NCBI GenBank assembly: GCA_027046625.1
Contig: JALTXX010000003.1
Location: 5,147 to 69,146 of the forward strand
Source: Candidatus Micrarchaeota archaeon
GTDB taxonomy: Archaea; Iainarchaeota; Iainarchaeia; JAADDC01
Length of the DNA: 64,000 nucleotides
Direction: 5' to 3'
Numbering within the stretch: the stretch's first letter is position 1; each line of letters opens with the position of its first letter. A model generated the notes under the pieces. It had not been told where the DNA came from and made no database searches. It saw only the letters and a list, made by a program, of their open reading frames with translations. Shown piece by piece: positions 50,544 to 60,781 of the stretch. Made by a program: the position numbers and the translations under genes.

Positions 50544-51317
50544 GTGTATATAATGGGTAGGGTAGTGTTGTTTAGAGGAGCCTTTGGGTGGAACAACCTA
50601 GGAGATGATATTTATGAACAAATTATACGCTCTGATATGAAAAACAAAGCAGACCTAATATTAATAGGAAAAAAGTACTATCTAAGTCCTCGTATACTTC
50701 TCTATATATGGAAGGCCGATCTCGTGGTGTTGGGGCCTGGTGGGGTGTTTGATGGAAGACCAGAACGGTTCCTGTCGGATTTGTACATAATATTATTTAC
50801 CCTGATTTCTAAGATGTTTCGGAAGAGAACTATAGCCTATTGTGTTCAAATACCAACAAACGGGCTATACACTCGTGTTATAACAAGAATATGGTTGGGG
50901 TTACTTGATGCAGTGTATGTAAGGTTCAAGAAGAACCAGGAGGAGGCCTCTTCTGTTTACAATTATCCATTTCGTCTCTGTGTGGATATAGCGGCTATAC
51001 TTATGAACAGAATAAGACAGACAGACCCAAGAATTGACACTTTCATAGAATCTGTATATGTGGTTTCTACCAAAGGGAAACCTTGGAATATTGACGAGAT
51101 AAAGAATGTTATGAAAATGATTAGAATGGCAAAAGAGGTAAAGGTGGATAGATTGCATACACTCATGCTGGCGTTGCTTGCTGGGGCCAGGAAAATTAGG
51201 GTGATGCCCTATCACTGGAAAATGCTATACTTAATACACGACTATACTGAGAGGCAGGATGATTATAAACGGGTTGATGATAGATGGGTTGAAGAAATAT
51301 TATCGCACCTTCCCTGA
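50544..51317 (+). CDS. polysaccharide pyruvyl transferase-family protein (CsaB/WcaK-like)
   Basis: N-terminal GWNNLGDD motif, VLGPGGVFDG, and the C-terminal RLHTLMLALLAG typical of PF04230. Confidence 0.5.
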   Translation: MYIMGRVVLFRGAFGWNNLGDDIYEQIIRSDMKNKADLILIGKKYYLSPRILLYIWKADLVVLGPGGVFDGRPERFLSDLYIILFTLISKMFRKRTIAYCVQIPTNGLYTRVITRIWLGLLDAVYVRFKKNQEEASSVYNYPFRLCVDIAAILMNRIRQTDPRIDTFIESVYVVSTKGKPWNIDEIKNVMKMIRMAKEVKVDRLHTLMLALLAGARKIRVMPYHWKMLYLIHDYTERQDDYKRVDDRWVEEILSHLP

Positions 51318-53180
51318 TATGTTTTTGTCAGCAACTACGGGGTATCCATCAACTGTGGGAATGTAGGCTGTTACCTTTGTGCCTCTAACTTCCATATTAT
51401 CCACAGGTATGAATAGAACGGCCCTTCCCTTTATGTCCATACTTTTTTCTATTATACCCTTGTACCTGTTACTTCCTTCTTCTATTACGAGCAGGTATCC
51501 TCCTTCAGAGAGGGGCTCCACATGCTTTACAACCCCGGTTCTCATGTTGGAGGATAGTACATCCTCTATGGTTACTTCCTCTTTCTTCTCTGAGAACATA
51601 CCTCTCCATTTGGATGTGTCTATGCGTGTAAATAACTTTCCTACTGGGGAGGCTGCTTCTATCCTAGGGTTATAAACCTCCTCCCAAGATAATTTTACCC
51701 CCAATGCTTGTAATACTCTTTCCATACTCCTTGGTAATATTGGAAGAAGCGACAGCGCCAGAACTTTCACATAGTACAGAGCTGTAATAAGCTCTTTTGA
51801 TGGGTCCTCCTTTTTCCACGGTTCTGTTTTATTCAGAAATGCATTTCCCTCTGAGGCTAGCCTGTTTATAAGTGATACAACCTTTGAAAAACCTATAAAG
51901 CTCATATAAGCATCCTCTATCTCCTTTACGAAGTTCCTTACCTTGTTCACCTCTTCCGGATACGGATCTTCTCCCATGTTTATAGGTTTTCTGGCAGAGA
52001 GGGACAAAACTCTATGTATAAAGTTGGATATATTATCTACCAGCTCCTTGTTTATCTTTTCCTCCATAACGTCCCAGGAAAACTCTGTGTCCTTCTGGGA
52101 TGGATATAGAGCAGCTAGAAGATATCTCCAGTATTCTACATCCAATAGTTCCAGTGCATTCTCAAGGTTTAGGCCCACTCCTCTGCTCTTGGAGAACTTT
52201 ACACCTTTAGCTGTTAGGAACTGAGAGGCAGCCACTATATCCACTAGCTTCCAGTTGTTTGAGCCTATTAGCATTGCAGGGAAGAGTATGGTGTGGAAGT
52301 AAACATTATCCTTCCCCATATACTGAATATAGAACACATCCTCCGCTTGGGGAAGCTTCCACCACGTATCCCACTCCTCTGTAAACTCCTTGGTTATACC
52401 TATATAACCAATGGGAGCGTCAAACCATACATAGAACACCTGATCCTTATATTCTTCAAGAGGGACAGGAAAGCCAAAGTTTAGGTGTCTGGTAATAGAT
52501 CTAGGCTTCAGGTTATCAAGGTACCATTTTGTGGTGTTTACAACATACTCTGGCCATTTGTCCTTTCTCTCCTCAAAGAAAGCTTCAAGTTCCTTCTTAA
52601 GTTTTGGTACATCAAAAACCAACTGTTTTATATGTGTAAATTCTATATCATGGGATCCGCAATATACACAGCGGGGTTTTATAAGCTGATCTGGAGTTAA
52701 TACAGCACCGCAGTCGTCGCACTGGTCTCCCCTTGCCAGTCCTCCGCAGTGGGGGCACGTACCTTCTATCCATCTGTCTGCCAATACCCTTCCACAGGAG
52801 TTACATCTTGGCATTACCACTATCTCTTCTTTTATGTATCCCCTCTCCCACAGACGATGGAAGATTTCATATGTAAGTTCCCTATTGTGGGGGGAATCTG
52901 TGTGTCCCCAATAGTCCACCGATATCAACCACTTCTCCATAAGCTCCTTTATCCTTCTATGGTTTTCGTATGCCATTTCTCTTACGTCTCTCCCCTCTCT
53001 ATGTGCAGCTACCTCTAGGGGAGACCCGTGCATGTCAGAGCCGCAGATAAAAAGCACTTTCTCTCCCTTCAAGCGCAGAAATCTTGCCATCACATCTGCA
53101 GGAAATATACTGCCCACGAAGTTACCTAGGTGTGGTATGCCATGAACGTAGGGAAGAGCTGAGGTTATGAGGTACCTCAT
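51300..53180 (-). CDS. metG: methionyl-tRNA synthetase with C-terminal tRNA-binding (Trbp111/EMAP-like) domain
   Basis: HIGH-type motif (PYVHGIPHLGN), zinc knuckles CNSCG...CPHCG / CDDCG, KMSKS variant KFSKS, OB-fold C-terminal domain. Confidence 0.9.
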   Translation of the reverse strand: MRYLITSALPYVHGIPHLGNFVGSIFPADVMARFLRLKGEKVLFICGSDMHGSPLEVAAHREGRDVREMAYENHRRIKELMEKWLISVDYWGHTDSPHNRELTYEIFHRLWERGYIKEEIVVMPRCNSCGRVLADRWIEGTCPHCGGLARGDQCDDCGAVLTPDQLIKPRCVYCGSHDIEFTHIKQLVFDVPKLKKELEAFFEERKDKWPEYVVNTTKWYLDNLKPRSITRHLNFGFPVPLEEYKDQVFYVWFDAPIGYIGITKEFTEEWDTWWKLPQAEDVFYIQYMGKDNVYFHTILFPAMLIGSNNWKLVDIVAASQFLTAKGVKFSKSRGVGLNLENALELLDVEYWRYLLAALYPSQKDTEFSWDVMEEKINKELVDNISNFIHRVLSLSARKPINMGEDPYPEEVNKVRNFVKEIEDAYMSFIGFSKVVSLINRLASEGNAFLNKTEPWKKEDPSKELITALYYVKVLALSLLPILPRSMERVLQALGVKLSWEEVYNPRIEAASPVGKLFTRIDTSKWRGMFSEKKEEVTIEDVLSSNMRTGVVKHVEPLSEGGYLLVIEEGSNRYKGIIEKSMDIKGRAVLFIPVDNMEVRGTKVTAYIPTVDGYPVVADKNISGKVR

Positions 53181-53233
53181 GTTAGGAGGATGAGGGTAGG
53201 AACCCTTAAGAAGTATGGCTACACAATGTTAAC

Positions 53234-53512
53234 ATGAAACCCTTCGAGTGTGATAAACGTATCAGAAGGGTGCTGCCCCACATAAAAAGGGCTGTCATCC
53301 AAGAGCTGTACAGGATGGGCTATAAGGTGAAGGATATAGCAAAACTTATGGGTATGACCCCGGCCGCGGTTTCTCAATACATACATGGTAAGAGAGGTAA
53401 GGATATTCCTGTGGAGGGTATCAAGGAGCTGGTAAAAAAGATGGAGGAAGGTACTATTACCCAGGAAGATGTGTGTAGGGTGTGTGATGCGTTGGCAGGT
53501 AAAGTATCCTAA
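53234..53512 (+). CDS. small HTH transcription regulator (sigma-70 region-4-like / LuxR-type HTH)
   Basis: 92 aa; YKVKDIAKLMGMTPAAVSQYIHGKR helix-turn-helix; upstream of the RNR. Confidence 0.4.
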   Translation: MKPFECDKRIRRVLPHIKRAVIQELYRMGYKVKDIAKLMGMTPAAVSQYIHGKRGKDIPVEGIKELVKKMEEGTITQEDVCRVCDALAGKVS

Positions 53513-53584
53513 CATGTTATGTATCATTAAGGATGCAAAGCAAACAACACCTTCATATAGGTTGGAGGGATAATACCCCATACT

Positions 53585-56176
53585 ATGAAGGCAACCCTAT
53601 CAGAGTTAGAGCATATAGCCGATGAGGCAGGCAAGCTCTATGAAAAGGGAATGGAAGCATTTAAGGAAAAGTTAATGGAGTATGGCTTCAGGGAAGAAGA
53701 TGCAGAAAGATTATACTATATAGAGGATATGATGAGGCGACCTCACAAAAAAATAGCCAGCACTTATCCAAGATCCTACCTAGAGAGGTTCAGAAGGTTA
53801 TACTACTATCTAACTCTTCTGAGAAGTAGAGGAGAACTCCCAGAGGACAAGGATTATCTTGGAGGTAACGAGCTTGCCCAGACCATTCTGAAAAACGCTT
53901 ACTATCTTAAAACACCAGAGGGGATATACATAGATAGGAGACCGGAGGACCTGTTCACGCGGGTAGCTGCATTTATAGCCTCTGTTGAAGAGGATGAGGA
54001 GAAGGCACGTTATTGGGCAACGAAGTTCTACAGACTGATGTTTGATGGGGTTTTGTCTCCGGCCGGTAGGGTACGAGCGGGTGCTGGGGATTTGTACCGA
54101 CTCAAGACTTTATCTAACTGCTACTTCTTACAGATAGAAGAGGACTCCATAGAGGGAATATGGAAAACATCCTACCAGATGGCACGCACTTATTCCTATG
54201 GAGGTGGTGTAGGAACAGATGTAACACCTCTTAGGCCTAAAAACGCAATTGTACACAACGCATCAAATACCTCAACCGGTCCCACATCCTTTATGTACCT
54301 ATACTCTCTCACAACTGGTATTATAGGCCAGGAGGGTAGAAGAGGAGCCCTCATGATAACAATAGATGTAAAACACCCAGATGTTTTGCACTTTATACGT
54401 GTAAAGAGGGATCCTGATTGGTGGACCAACATGATTATGGATGAAATGAGATACTCAGGCAAGTTTACGGAGGAGCAACTGAAGGAAATTGAGCGTATTG
54501 TGGTAAACAATATCCAAATGAGATTCACAAATATCTCAGTGAAGTTTACGGACGAGTTCTTTATGGCGTTAGAGGAAGAGGACAAATATGGAGGGAACAA
54601 AATCCTTGTGTATGAAAAGCTTGATGGAACTGTCGTTATGGACGCCTATCAAGACAAAGACATCCACTATTCCCATGGTATTCCATCCAAGGAGCCGGAG
54701 AGATATAAGCTGGTGGGAGTCTACGATAGCGTGGAGGGCTTGAAAGAGCTGGGTATAAGTATTACAGAAGAGGATCTTAAAGATCCCTATAAAAGAGATA
54801 TCTACGGAGACCTGCCCGTAAAGGTAAATAACACCCTCTATGCTATAAGATATGCCGGTGATTTTCTGTTATATTACGGATCACCCAATGTTGGTACCAT
54901 AAAACGTATAGTAAAGGCTAGAAAGATATGGAACGCCTTTGTAGAGTCTAATTGGAGATCTGCAGAGCCAGGCCTCATATTCTGGAGCCAAATGGTGAAG
55001 TATTCCCCTTCAAACTATGTAGGAGCTCCCATAATGGGAACCAACCCCTGTGGTGAGGTTCCCCTAGAGCATGGAGGAGCCTGTGTGCTATCATCGCTAA
55101 ACCTTCTATCCTTTGTGGATAACCCCCTCACGGAGAAGGCTTCCTTTAACTGGGAGAGATTTGTGGATGCGGTACATACCATTGTAAGGTTCCTGGACGA
55201 TGTTGTGCAGTGGAATGTATACATGCATCCCCTCGAGGATCAGAGAAGTGCCATGGAAAGACTAAGAAGGATAGGAGCAGGCATAATGGGATTGGCTGAT
55301 ATGCTTATAGCAATGGGAACGGAATACGACAGCGAAGAGGCTATATCTATGATAGAAAAGGTGATGTCTGTTTATGCCAATGAGGCCTATAGATATTCCT
55401 CCCTCCTAGCTGAAGAGAAGGGACCGTTCCCCCTGTGGAACTTCCAATCCTATTCAAGGAACCCCTTCTACAGGGAAGTGCTCTGGGATGATGTAAAGGC
55501 CTCTATAGAGGAAAGAGGGCTGAGGAATGTAACCCTTTTGTCTGTGGCACCTACAGGCAATACATCCAATTCTACCTTAGCCCTCCGGCTAAATGGAAAA
55601 AACTATGTTGGTGTGTCTTCTGGAATAGAACCGGTATTTGCCCTGTACTATACGAGAAGAACAGAGGCAGTAGATACCAAAGTGTATAGAGTATTCCACC
55701 CCATAGCTCAGGCGTATCTTGATATGCACGATTTGTCAGAGGCAGCCCAAGCTGCAAAGGAGGATGAACTAAGAAACATCCTACCCCCGTACTTCTTCAG
55801 AACGGCTCACGTGATAGATCCTCTTATGAGGGTGAGAATACAGGCAACTGTTCAGAGATACGTTGATGGTTCCATCTCCTCTACTGTTAACCTACCAGAG
55901 GATATACACCCAGAAACGGTAGGAAAAATATACAGGGAGGCGTGGAAACAACGATTGAAAGGAATAACCGTATACAGGGAAGGCTCCAGATTTGAGATAC
56001 TCAAAGCAGAGGGGCAAAGAACAGAGTTCCAGGCATACAAGGACAAAGTGTTTAAGATATATGATGGAGATAGGGTGCTTACATTAAAGGGAGGAGACGT
56101 GATAGAGCTGCCAGATGGCAGACTCTCCACCGTTTACCATGCAATAAAGGAGGGGATATTACGACCGAGGAGCTAA
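53585..56176 (+). CDS. nrdJ: class II (adenosylcobalamin-dependent) ribonucleotide reductase NrdJ, body without C-terminal redox tail
   Basis: Active-site finger loop TNPCGEVPLEHGGACVLSSLNL. 863 aa, no intein, and no Cys after the active site. Confidence 0.85.
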   Translation: MKATLSELEHIADEAGKLYEKGMEAFKEKLMEYGFREEDAERLYYIEDMMRRPHKKIASTYPRSYLERFRRLYYYLTLLRSRGELPEDKDYLGGNELAQTILKNAYYLKTPEGIYIDRRPEDLFTRVAAFIASVEEDEEKARYWATKFYRLMFDGVLSPAGRVRAGAGDLYRLKTLSNCYFLQIEEDSIEGIWKTSYQMARTYSYGGGVGTDVTPLRPKNAIVHNASNTSTGPTSFMYLYSLTTGIIGQEGRRGALMITIDVKHPDVLHFIRVKRDPDWWTNMIMDEMRYSGKFTEEQLKEIERIVVNNIQMRFTNISVKFTDEFFMALEEEDKYGGNKILVYEKLDGTVVMDAYQDKDIHYSHGIPSKEPERYKLVGVYDSVEGLKELGISITEEDLKDPYKRDIYGDLPVKVNNTLYAIRYAGDFLLYYGSPNVGTIKRIVKARKIWNAFVESNWRSAEPGLIFWSQMVKYSPSNYVGAPIMGTNPCGEVPLEHGGACVLSSLNLLSFVDNPLTEKASFNWERFVDAVHTIVRFLDDVVQWNVYMHPLEDQRSAMERLRRIGAGIMGLADMLIAMGTEYDSEEAISMIEKVMSVYANEAYRYSSLLAEEKGPFPLWNFQSYSRNPFYREVLWDDVKASIEERGLRNVTLLSVAPTGNTSNSTLALRLNGKNYVGVSSGIEPVFALYYTRRTEAVDTKVYRVFHPIAQAYLDMHDLSEAAQAAKEDELRNILPPYFFRTAHVIDPLMRVRIQATVQRYVDGSISSTVNLPEDIHPETVGKIYREAWKQRLKGITVYREGSRFEILKAEGQRTEFQAYKDKVFKIYDGDRVLTLKGGDVIELPDGRLSTVYHAIKEGILRPRS

Positions 56177-56391
56177 TACCACGTCTAAGAACGAAGAATC
56201 CCTTCTTTGAGGAGGTCAGAAAGGAAACGTTCACTCCACTACTTGAGATACCCCGATCTACCGAGGCAAAATCTTACAATATAGATAACACTCACATTCT
56301 CGTACTTTATGAAGTCAAGGATAACTTCCCCATCATATATTCCATTATCATACATGCAAAAAATCCTGAAAAATTAGGAGAACTGAATGTT

Positions 56392-56724
56392 GTGAGCTCC
56401 CTTCTGTCCCTCCTCCTTAGAGCCAGAGTAGATTATGCTGTCATACTTTCTTCTTTGCGGGATACGGGAGTGGAGTTCTATAACAGACTGGCAGACGTTA
56501 TACAGGAATTTCTCTCTGAGTATGGAGTAATGGAACCCCCGAGAAGGGATGTTACCAAACAGGAAACCATACTTACCTTTACTCTCTCTGCAGAGAAAAA
56601 GGAGATAAAGGGCGATGGTGAGCTGTCTGTGTGTCCTGTGTGCGGGGAGCGCACACTTGTAGTGGAAAACGGATGTTACACTTGTATAAACCCAGAGTGT
56701 GGTTGGAGCAAATGTGAGGTTTAG
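56392..56724 (+). CDS. RNR-associated C-terminal zinc-ribbon module encoded in a different frame (split or frameshifted nrdJ tail)
   Basis: Ends CPVCGERTLVVENGCYTCINPECGWSKCEV (CxxC...CxxC...C). The reading frame is open upstream back into the 3' end of nrdJ; GTG start assumed by the track. Confidence 0.5.
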   Translation: MSSLLSLLLRARVDYAVILSSLRDTGVEFYNRLADVIQEFLSEYGVMEPPRRDVTKQETILTFTLSAEKKEIKGDGELSVCPVCGERTLVVENGCYTCINPECGWSKCEV

Positions 56725-57779
56725 CGGGTAACCTGCTTTACTATATCAAGTATTTCGGGGTGTTTTTCTGTGTATTTTCTAACGGGTTCTAGCTTATCTA
56801 TTAGGTATTCAGCTACAGCGTTTTTAAGATCAAGAGGATGCAGCCTACCTTCCTTGTAATCTTTTTCCAAATCCCTATATGAGTAGTATGTAACCTCTCC
56901 TCCATACTTCTTTGGCCTCTCTATGGTGAGGGTGTGCCCCTCCCTTCTAAGAATGATGTGCTTTACAATATCTATGATGGGGTTGTTTTCCGTCTTCTTT
57001 TCTGGGCAGTAAGCCCCTCTAACTTTCCTTCTTATGCTTTCAGGATCGTCTGTAACAAAGATGGCCGAGTCCGGAACACTCTTACTCATCTTAAACTCCA
57101 TCATTACATCTTCAGAGCTGTAGTCCATTCTTCCATCTACCTTTAACCCCATGAGAAGATGGTGATGGATAAGTACGGGTTTCTTCCATCCAAAGGATGG
57201 GGCTATCTCTCTGTACATTACGTTCACCCTTCTCTGATCCATTCCAAGCTGGCATATATCTACATCTAGCATTTTTATGTCTGTTGCTTGCATGAGAGGA
57301 TATATGAGAAAGGCAGCATGCTGCATTTCAGTCTCCTTTCTACCCATAATGGGAGCTGCACGCTTAATTCTTGATATTGTCAGCTTCTTTGAAATTTTTA
57401 GAAGTGTTTCCCAGTATTCCATATCTTCTACTAGATCGGATGCCCACACTACTCTTGGATGCCATCCAAGAAGGTTCCATACTTTTACGAAAAACTCCCC
57501 CGCTTTCTGAATCCTTTCCATATCACCTCCAAGCTTGTTGTTTAAAAACGCATGCCAATCGGCTATCAACACTATAAAATCTATGCCAGCTTTCTCCAAA
57601 TCCTTTCCATATTCAGCCCTCATCAGTCCGGTTCCTATATGTGGTATCCCGGATGGTTCAAAACCGTCATATGCCTTTACTGTTCTCTTCTCCTCTAATA
57701 GAGATGATAGTTCTTCCTTGGTTACTATCTCCTCTGCTGGGGATGATGTTATAAGAGACAGTCGCTCCTCTATATCCAT
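56721..57779 (-). CDS. tyrS: tyrosyl-tRNA synthetase (archaeal type)
   Basis: GFEPSGIPHIGTG (HIGH region), KMSKS present, C-terminal ...HPLDLKNAVAEYLIDKLEPVRK closely matches the archaeal TyrRS pattern. Confidence 0.75.
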   Translation of the reverse strand: MDIEERLSLITSSPAEEIVTKEELSSLLEEKRTVKAYDGFEPSGIPHIGTGLMRAEYGKDLEKAGIDFIVLIADWHAFLNNKLGGDMERIQKAGEFFVKVWNLLGWHPRVVWASDLVEDMEYWETLLKISKKLTISRIKRAAPIMGRKETEMQHAAFLIYPLMQATDIKMLDVDICQLGMDQRRVNVMYREIAPSFGWKKPVLIHHHLLMGLKVDGRMDYSSEDVMMEFKMSKSVPDSAIFVTDDPESIRRKVRGAYCPEKKTENNPIIDIVKHIILRREGHTLTIERPKKYGGEVTYYSYRDLEKDYKEGRLHPLDLKNAVAEYLIDKLEPVRKYTEKHPEILDIVKQVTR

Positions 57780-57805
57780 GGTATACTACGAAACGAAAAC
57801 CCTTT

Positions 57806-58978
57806 TTATTCATACCTTAGAGCCTCTGAGGGAGGAAGGCTAGCTGCCCACTTTGCAGGTAAATAGCCAGCCACAATCCCCAATAGTACAGAAAACACCA
57901 GAGAACCAAGAATAAGATCCAAACCCATATAAACTCTAAACATAGTGGCACCGGCGCTGGCTGCTATCTTTTCTACTCCAGTTACAATAATACCTCCTAG
58001 CAGGATACCTATTATTCCCCCTATTAACCCAAGAGCAGCCGCTTCAGATAGTATTATAAGCATTATCTGGCCATCTGAGGCTCCTATGGCCTTCATAACC
58101 CCAATTTCTTTAATTCTCTCAGAAACACTCATGTAGATCGTGTTCATAATGCCTATGGTGCCCACAAATAGGGATATGGCAGCAATAAGAAGCAAAATGG
58201 CATTTACCACGTTTGTTATGAGGGATATCCTTTCGTATAGCTGTTTGGTGGTGAGTACAGAAAAGGTGTTCTTTCCCCTAGCCTTTTCCAACGCTCTTTC
58301 CACCTTTTTAGATACCCTTTCTACATCTCCGGAGACATCTAATATTATCATATCGTAGCTGCCTTTGCTTTTACCTATAGACTCTAGGTACTCTTCTGGG
58401 ATAATAACAGCGGTGTCATCCATTCTATTCCCGACACTCTTCATAATTCCGGAAACACGGAACCTTTCCCCGTTAAGTGTAATGTAATCACCCACTCCTA
58501 TACCCTTTAGATGCTGGGAAGCTAGCAAGTTTCCTAGTACTACTTCCTTTCCTCTTGGAATTCTTCCTCTTTCAAGTTCAAAGGTGCCATCAAATAGGAT
58601 CTTTAACTGTTTCTTTGGAATAGCCTCCAATGTGGTTATAAGAGTATTATCCCTGTAACTGACCCTCACCGATGTGGTAGCAAGAGGTATTACGTGTTTA
58701 ATACCAGAAATCCGCTCTAGTGTCTTGATATCTTTTTCTCTGAAGTCTTCTCCTATGAATGCTCCAAAAAGGGTGGTTTCAGTGCCACCGGGGAGGATGA
58801 TTATCCTGCTGTATCCGAACTTTTCAAACTGTTGCTCTATAAACTTTTGTGTACCAATAGATAGGGATACAAGAGAAAATACGGTTGCTACACCTATTAC
58901 TATACCAACTACAGTAAGGAAGCTACGTATTTTCTCTCGTCTAAGGTTTCTTATCCCTATTAGAACGAGATCTAGCAC
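57806..58978 (-). CDS. ABC transporter permease (FtsX/MacB-type)
   Basis: N-terminal TM, large extracytoplasmic domain, 3 C-terminal TM segments (FtsX fold). Confidence 0.7.
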   Translation of the reverse strand: MLDLVLIGIRNLRREKIRSFLTVVGIVIGVATVFSLVSLSIGTQKFIEQQFEKFGYSRIIILPGGTETTLFGAFIGEDFREKDIKTLERISGIKHVIPLATTSVRVSYRDNTLITTLEAIPKKQLKILFDGTFELERGRIPRGKEVVLGNLLASQHLKGIGVGDYITLNGERFRVSGIMKSVGNRMDDTAVIIPEEYLESIGKSKGSYDMIILDVSGDVERVSKKVERALEKARGKNTFSVLTTKQLYERISLITNVVNAILLLIAAISLFVGTIGIMNTIYMSVSERIKEIGVMKAIGASDGQIMLIILSEAAALGLIGGIIGILLGGIIVTGVEKIAASAGATMFRVYMGLDLILGSLVFSVLLGIVAGYLPAKWAASLPPSEALRYE

Positions 58979-60134
58979 GTTTCCACCACCAGAGGCCCGC
59001 CAAAAGCAGTATGAATACCAACCAAGGCGTTAAGGAAATAGGGATGCTCACCTCCCTTTCTACAAACCTATCCCCGTACTCCACTCTTATGATGTTTTTT
59101 CCGCTGAGTGGGATAAAAACGCTCTCTCCAACTCCTATAACATCAACTACCCTAAATAGTTTCCCGTTAACATAGATTTTTACATTCTGGGTATCCATAC
59201 TCCCAACGTTTACTATCTCTACCCCACCCTCTCTTTCTATAATGGATATCTCGGGCTCCTTTCTCACAAGGAACGAAAATCTCCACGAGCTATTTACATC
59301 CCCCTCTGTACGGAGAGAGAACTCCGCACTATCCTCGTCTGTAACCATAAACTTTAGTGGAAGAGTGATGGATCCTCTAGGATCCAAAGTTACCAGTAAC
59401 TCCTTCCTTCCTTCCATGGGAAGATCAGACCTTATGGTTAGAAGGAAAGTTAGGGGAATATCTAGCGAGTTTTCCAACCTTAGATTTACCTCAAGGGCGG
59501 AGAATGGTACAGGATTGTTGGCCGATGCAGAAACCCTTAATGAGGTGGTATCTTTACATAAGATAAGGAAATTCTTTTCATAGTCGTCTATTCTTACCCT
59601 GAATAGTTCTAATCCATTTTCACATATAGGAACAGCCTTTACTTTTACCTTTACATTATCAAGCTTTCCAGAGTACACAGGTGTTTCCAGGGAGGGATTT
59701 ACGTAGACCGTCCCTTCTTTGCCGGGCCATTTGACGTGTAGCTCAAGGGTAGAAATCCTCCCCCTGTAGATATCCCCAGAAAGGGATATGTAGGGATTGG
59801 TATCCACCTTTAGCTCTATAATGAGGGGTTCCTTATAGTAGGATCCGTTCTCATCGTATGAGATGTATGTCTGGATTCGGTAGATACCAGGTTTTGTATC
59901 ATTGGACAGTCTAAGCGGTATTCTATAAGATGCGGTGCCCATTACATCCCCTATTTCAATTCTCCTTTCTTCCAACAAACCGGGTGGTATTTTTATTTCT
60001 ACGTTTGAGGCATTTCCTGAGAGAGATAAGATGATATCAAACCTATCTCCAGGACTTATGATGGCCGGAACGGTGAATACGTTTACCTCTAGCGCCATTG
60101 CTAGGGGAATCAAGAGCAATGCGATCCACCTCAT
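58941..60134 (-). CDS. exported beta-rich protein with C-terminal TM anchor (ABC-transporter associated)
   Basis: Signal peptide [17 protein letters not shown]; C-terminal LVFILLLAGLWWWKRARS anchor. Confidence 0.4.
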   Translation of the reverse strand: MRWIALLLIPLAMALEVNVFTVPAIISPGDRFDIILSLSGNASNVEIKIPPGLLEERRIEIGDVMGTASYRIPLRLSNDTKPGIYRIQTYISYDENGSYYKEPLIIELKVDTNPYISLSGDIYRGRISTLELHVKWPGKEGTVYVNPSLETPVYSGKLDNVKVKVKAVPICENGLELFRVRIDDYEKNFLILCKDTTSLRVSASANNPVPFSALEVNLRLENSLDIPLTFLLTIRSDLPMEGRKELLVTLDPRGSITLPLKFMVTDEDSAEFSLRTEGDVNSSWRFSFLVRKEPEISIIEREGGVEIVNVGSMDTQNVKIYVNGKLFRVVDVIGVGESVFIPLSGKNIIRVEYGDRFVEREVSIPISLTPWLVFILLLAGLWWWKRARSRSNRDKKP

Positions 60135-60781
60135 ACAATTTCACCATCCTTTATGTGTACTATTCTCTCCGCCATGGAAGCAACCTCTGGATCATGGGTT
60201 ACTACAATAAGTGTAACACCCTTCCTATTAAACGACTTTAGTAGCTCCATGACCATCTTTCCATTTTTGCTGTCAAGGTTGCCTGTGGGTTCATCTGCAA
60301 GGATTAGCTTTGGATTATTTGCTAGAGCCCTAGCGATTGCTACCCTTTGTTTTTCTCCCCCTGATAGCTTTGTGGGAAGGGAGAAGAGTTTATCCTCCAG
60401 ACCTACCTCTTTTAGTAGTGATACTGCCCTTTCTTCCCTTTCTTTAGAAGGTATACCATCAAACACCATGGGTAGCTCCACATTTTCTCTGACTGTTAGG
60501 GAAGGTATGAGGTGGAAGGCCTGAAAAACGAATCCTATTAACCTCCTCCTTAGTATTGTTCTGTCCTTTTCCTCCAACTCCTCCACATTATAACCCCCAA
60601 TGTTAACTCTTCCCCTATCTGGTGTATCCAACAGTCCTATGATATTTAGGAGGGTGGACTTGCCCGATCCCGACGGACCCATAATGGCTACAAACTCCCC
60701 CTCTTCAACGGATAGTGTTACCCCTCTGAGGGCTGGTTCCCTCCCATAGAACTTCCAAACATCCTCCAACTCTACCATCAT
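60131..60781 (-). CDS. ABC transporter ATP-binding protein (MacB/LolD-type)
   Basis: [38 protein letters not shown]. Confidence 0.85.
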   Translation of the reverse strand: MMVELEDVWKFYGREPALRGVTLSVEEGEFVAIMGPSGSGKSTLLNIIGLLDTPDRGRVNIGGYNVEELEEKDRTILRRRLIGFVFQAFHLIPSLTVRENVELPMVFDGIPSKEREERAVSLLKEVGLEDKLFSLPTKLSGGEKQRVAIARALANNPKLILADEPTGNLDSKNGKMVMELLKSFNRKGVTLIVVTHDPEVASMAERIVHIKDGEIV

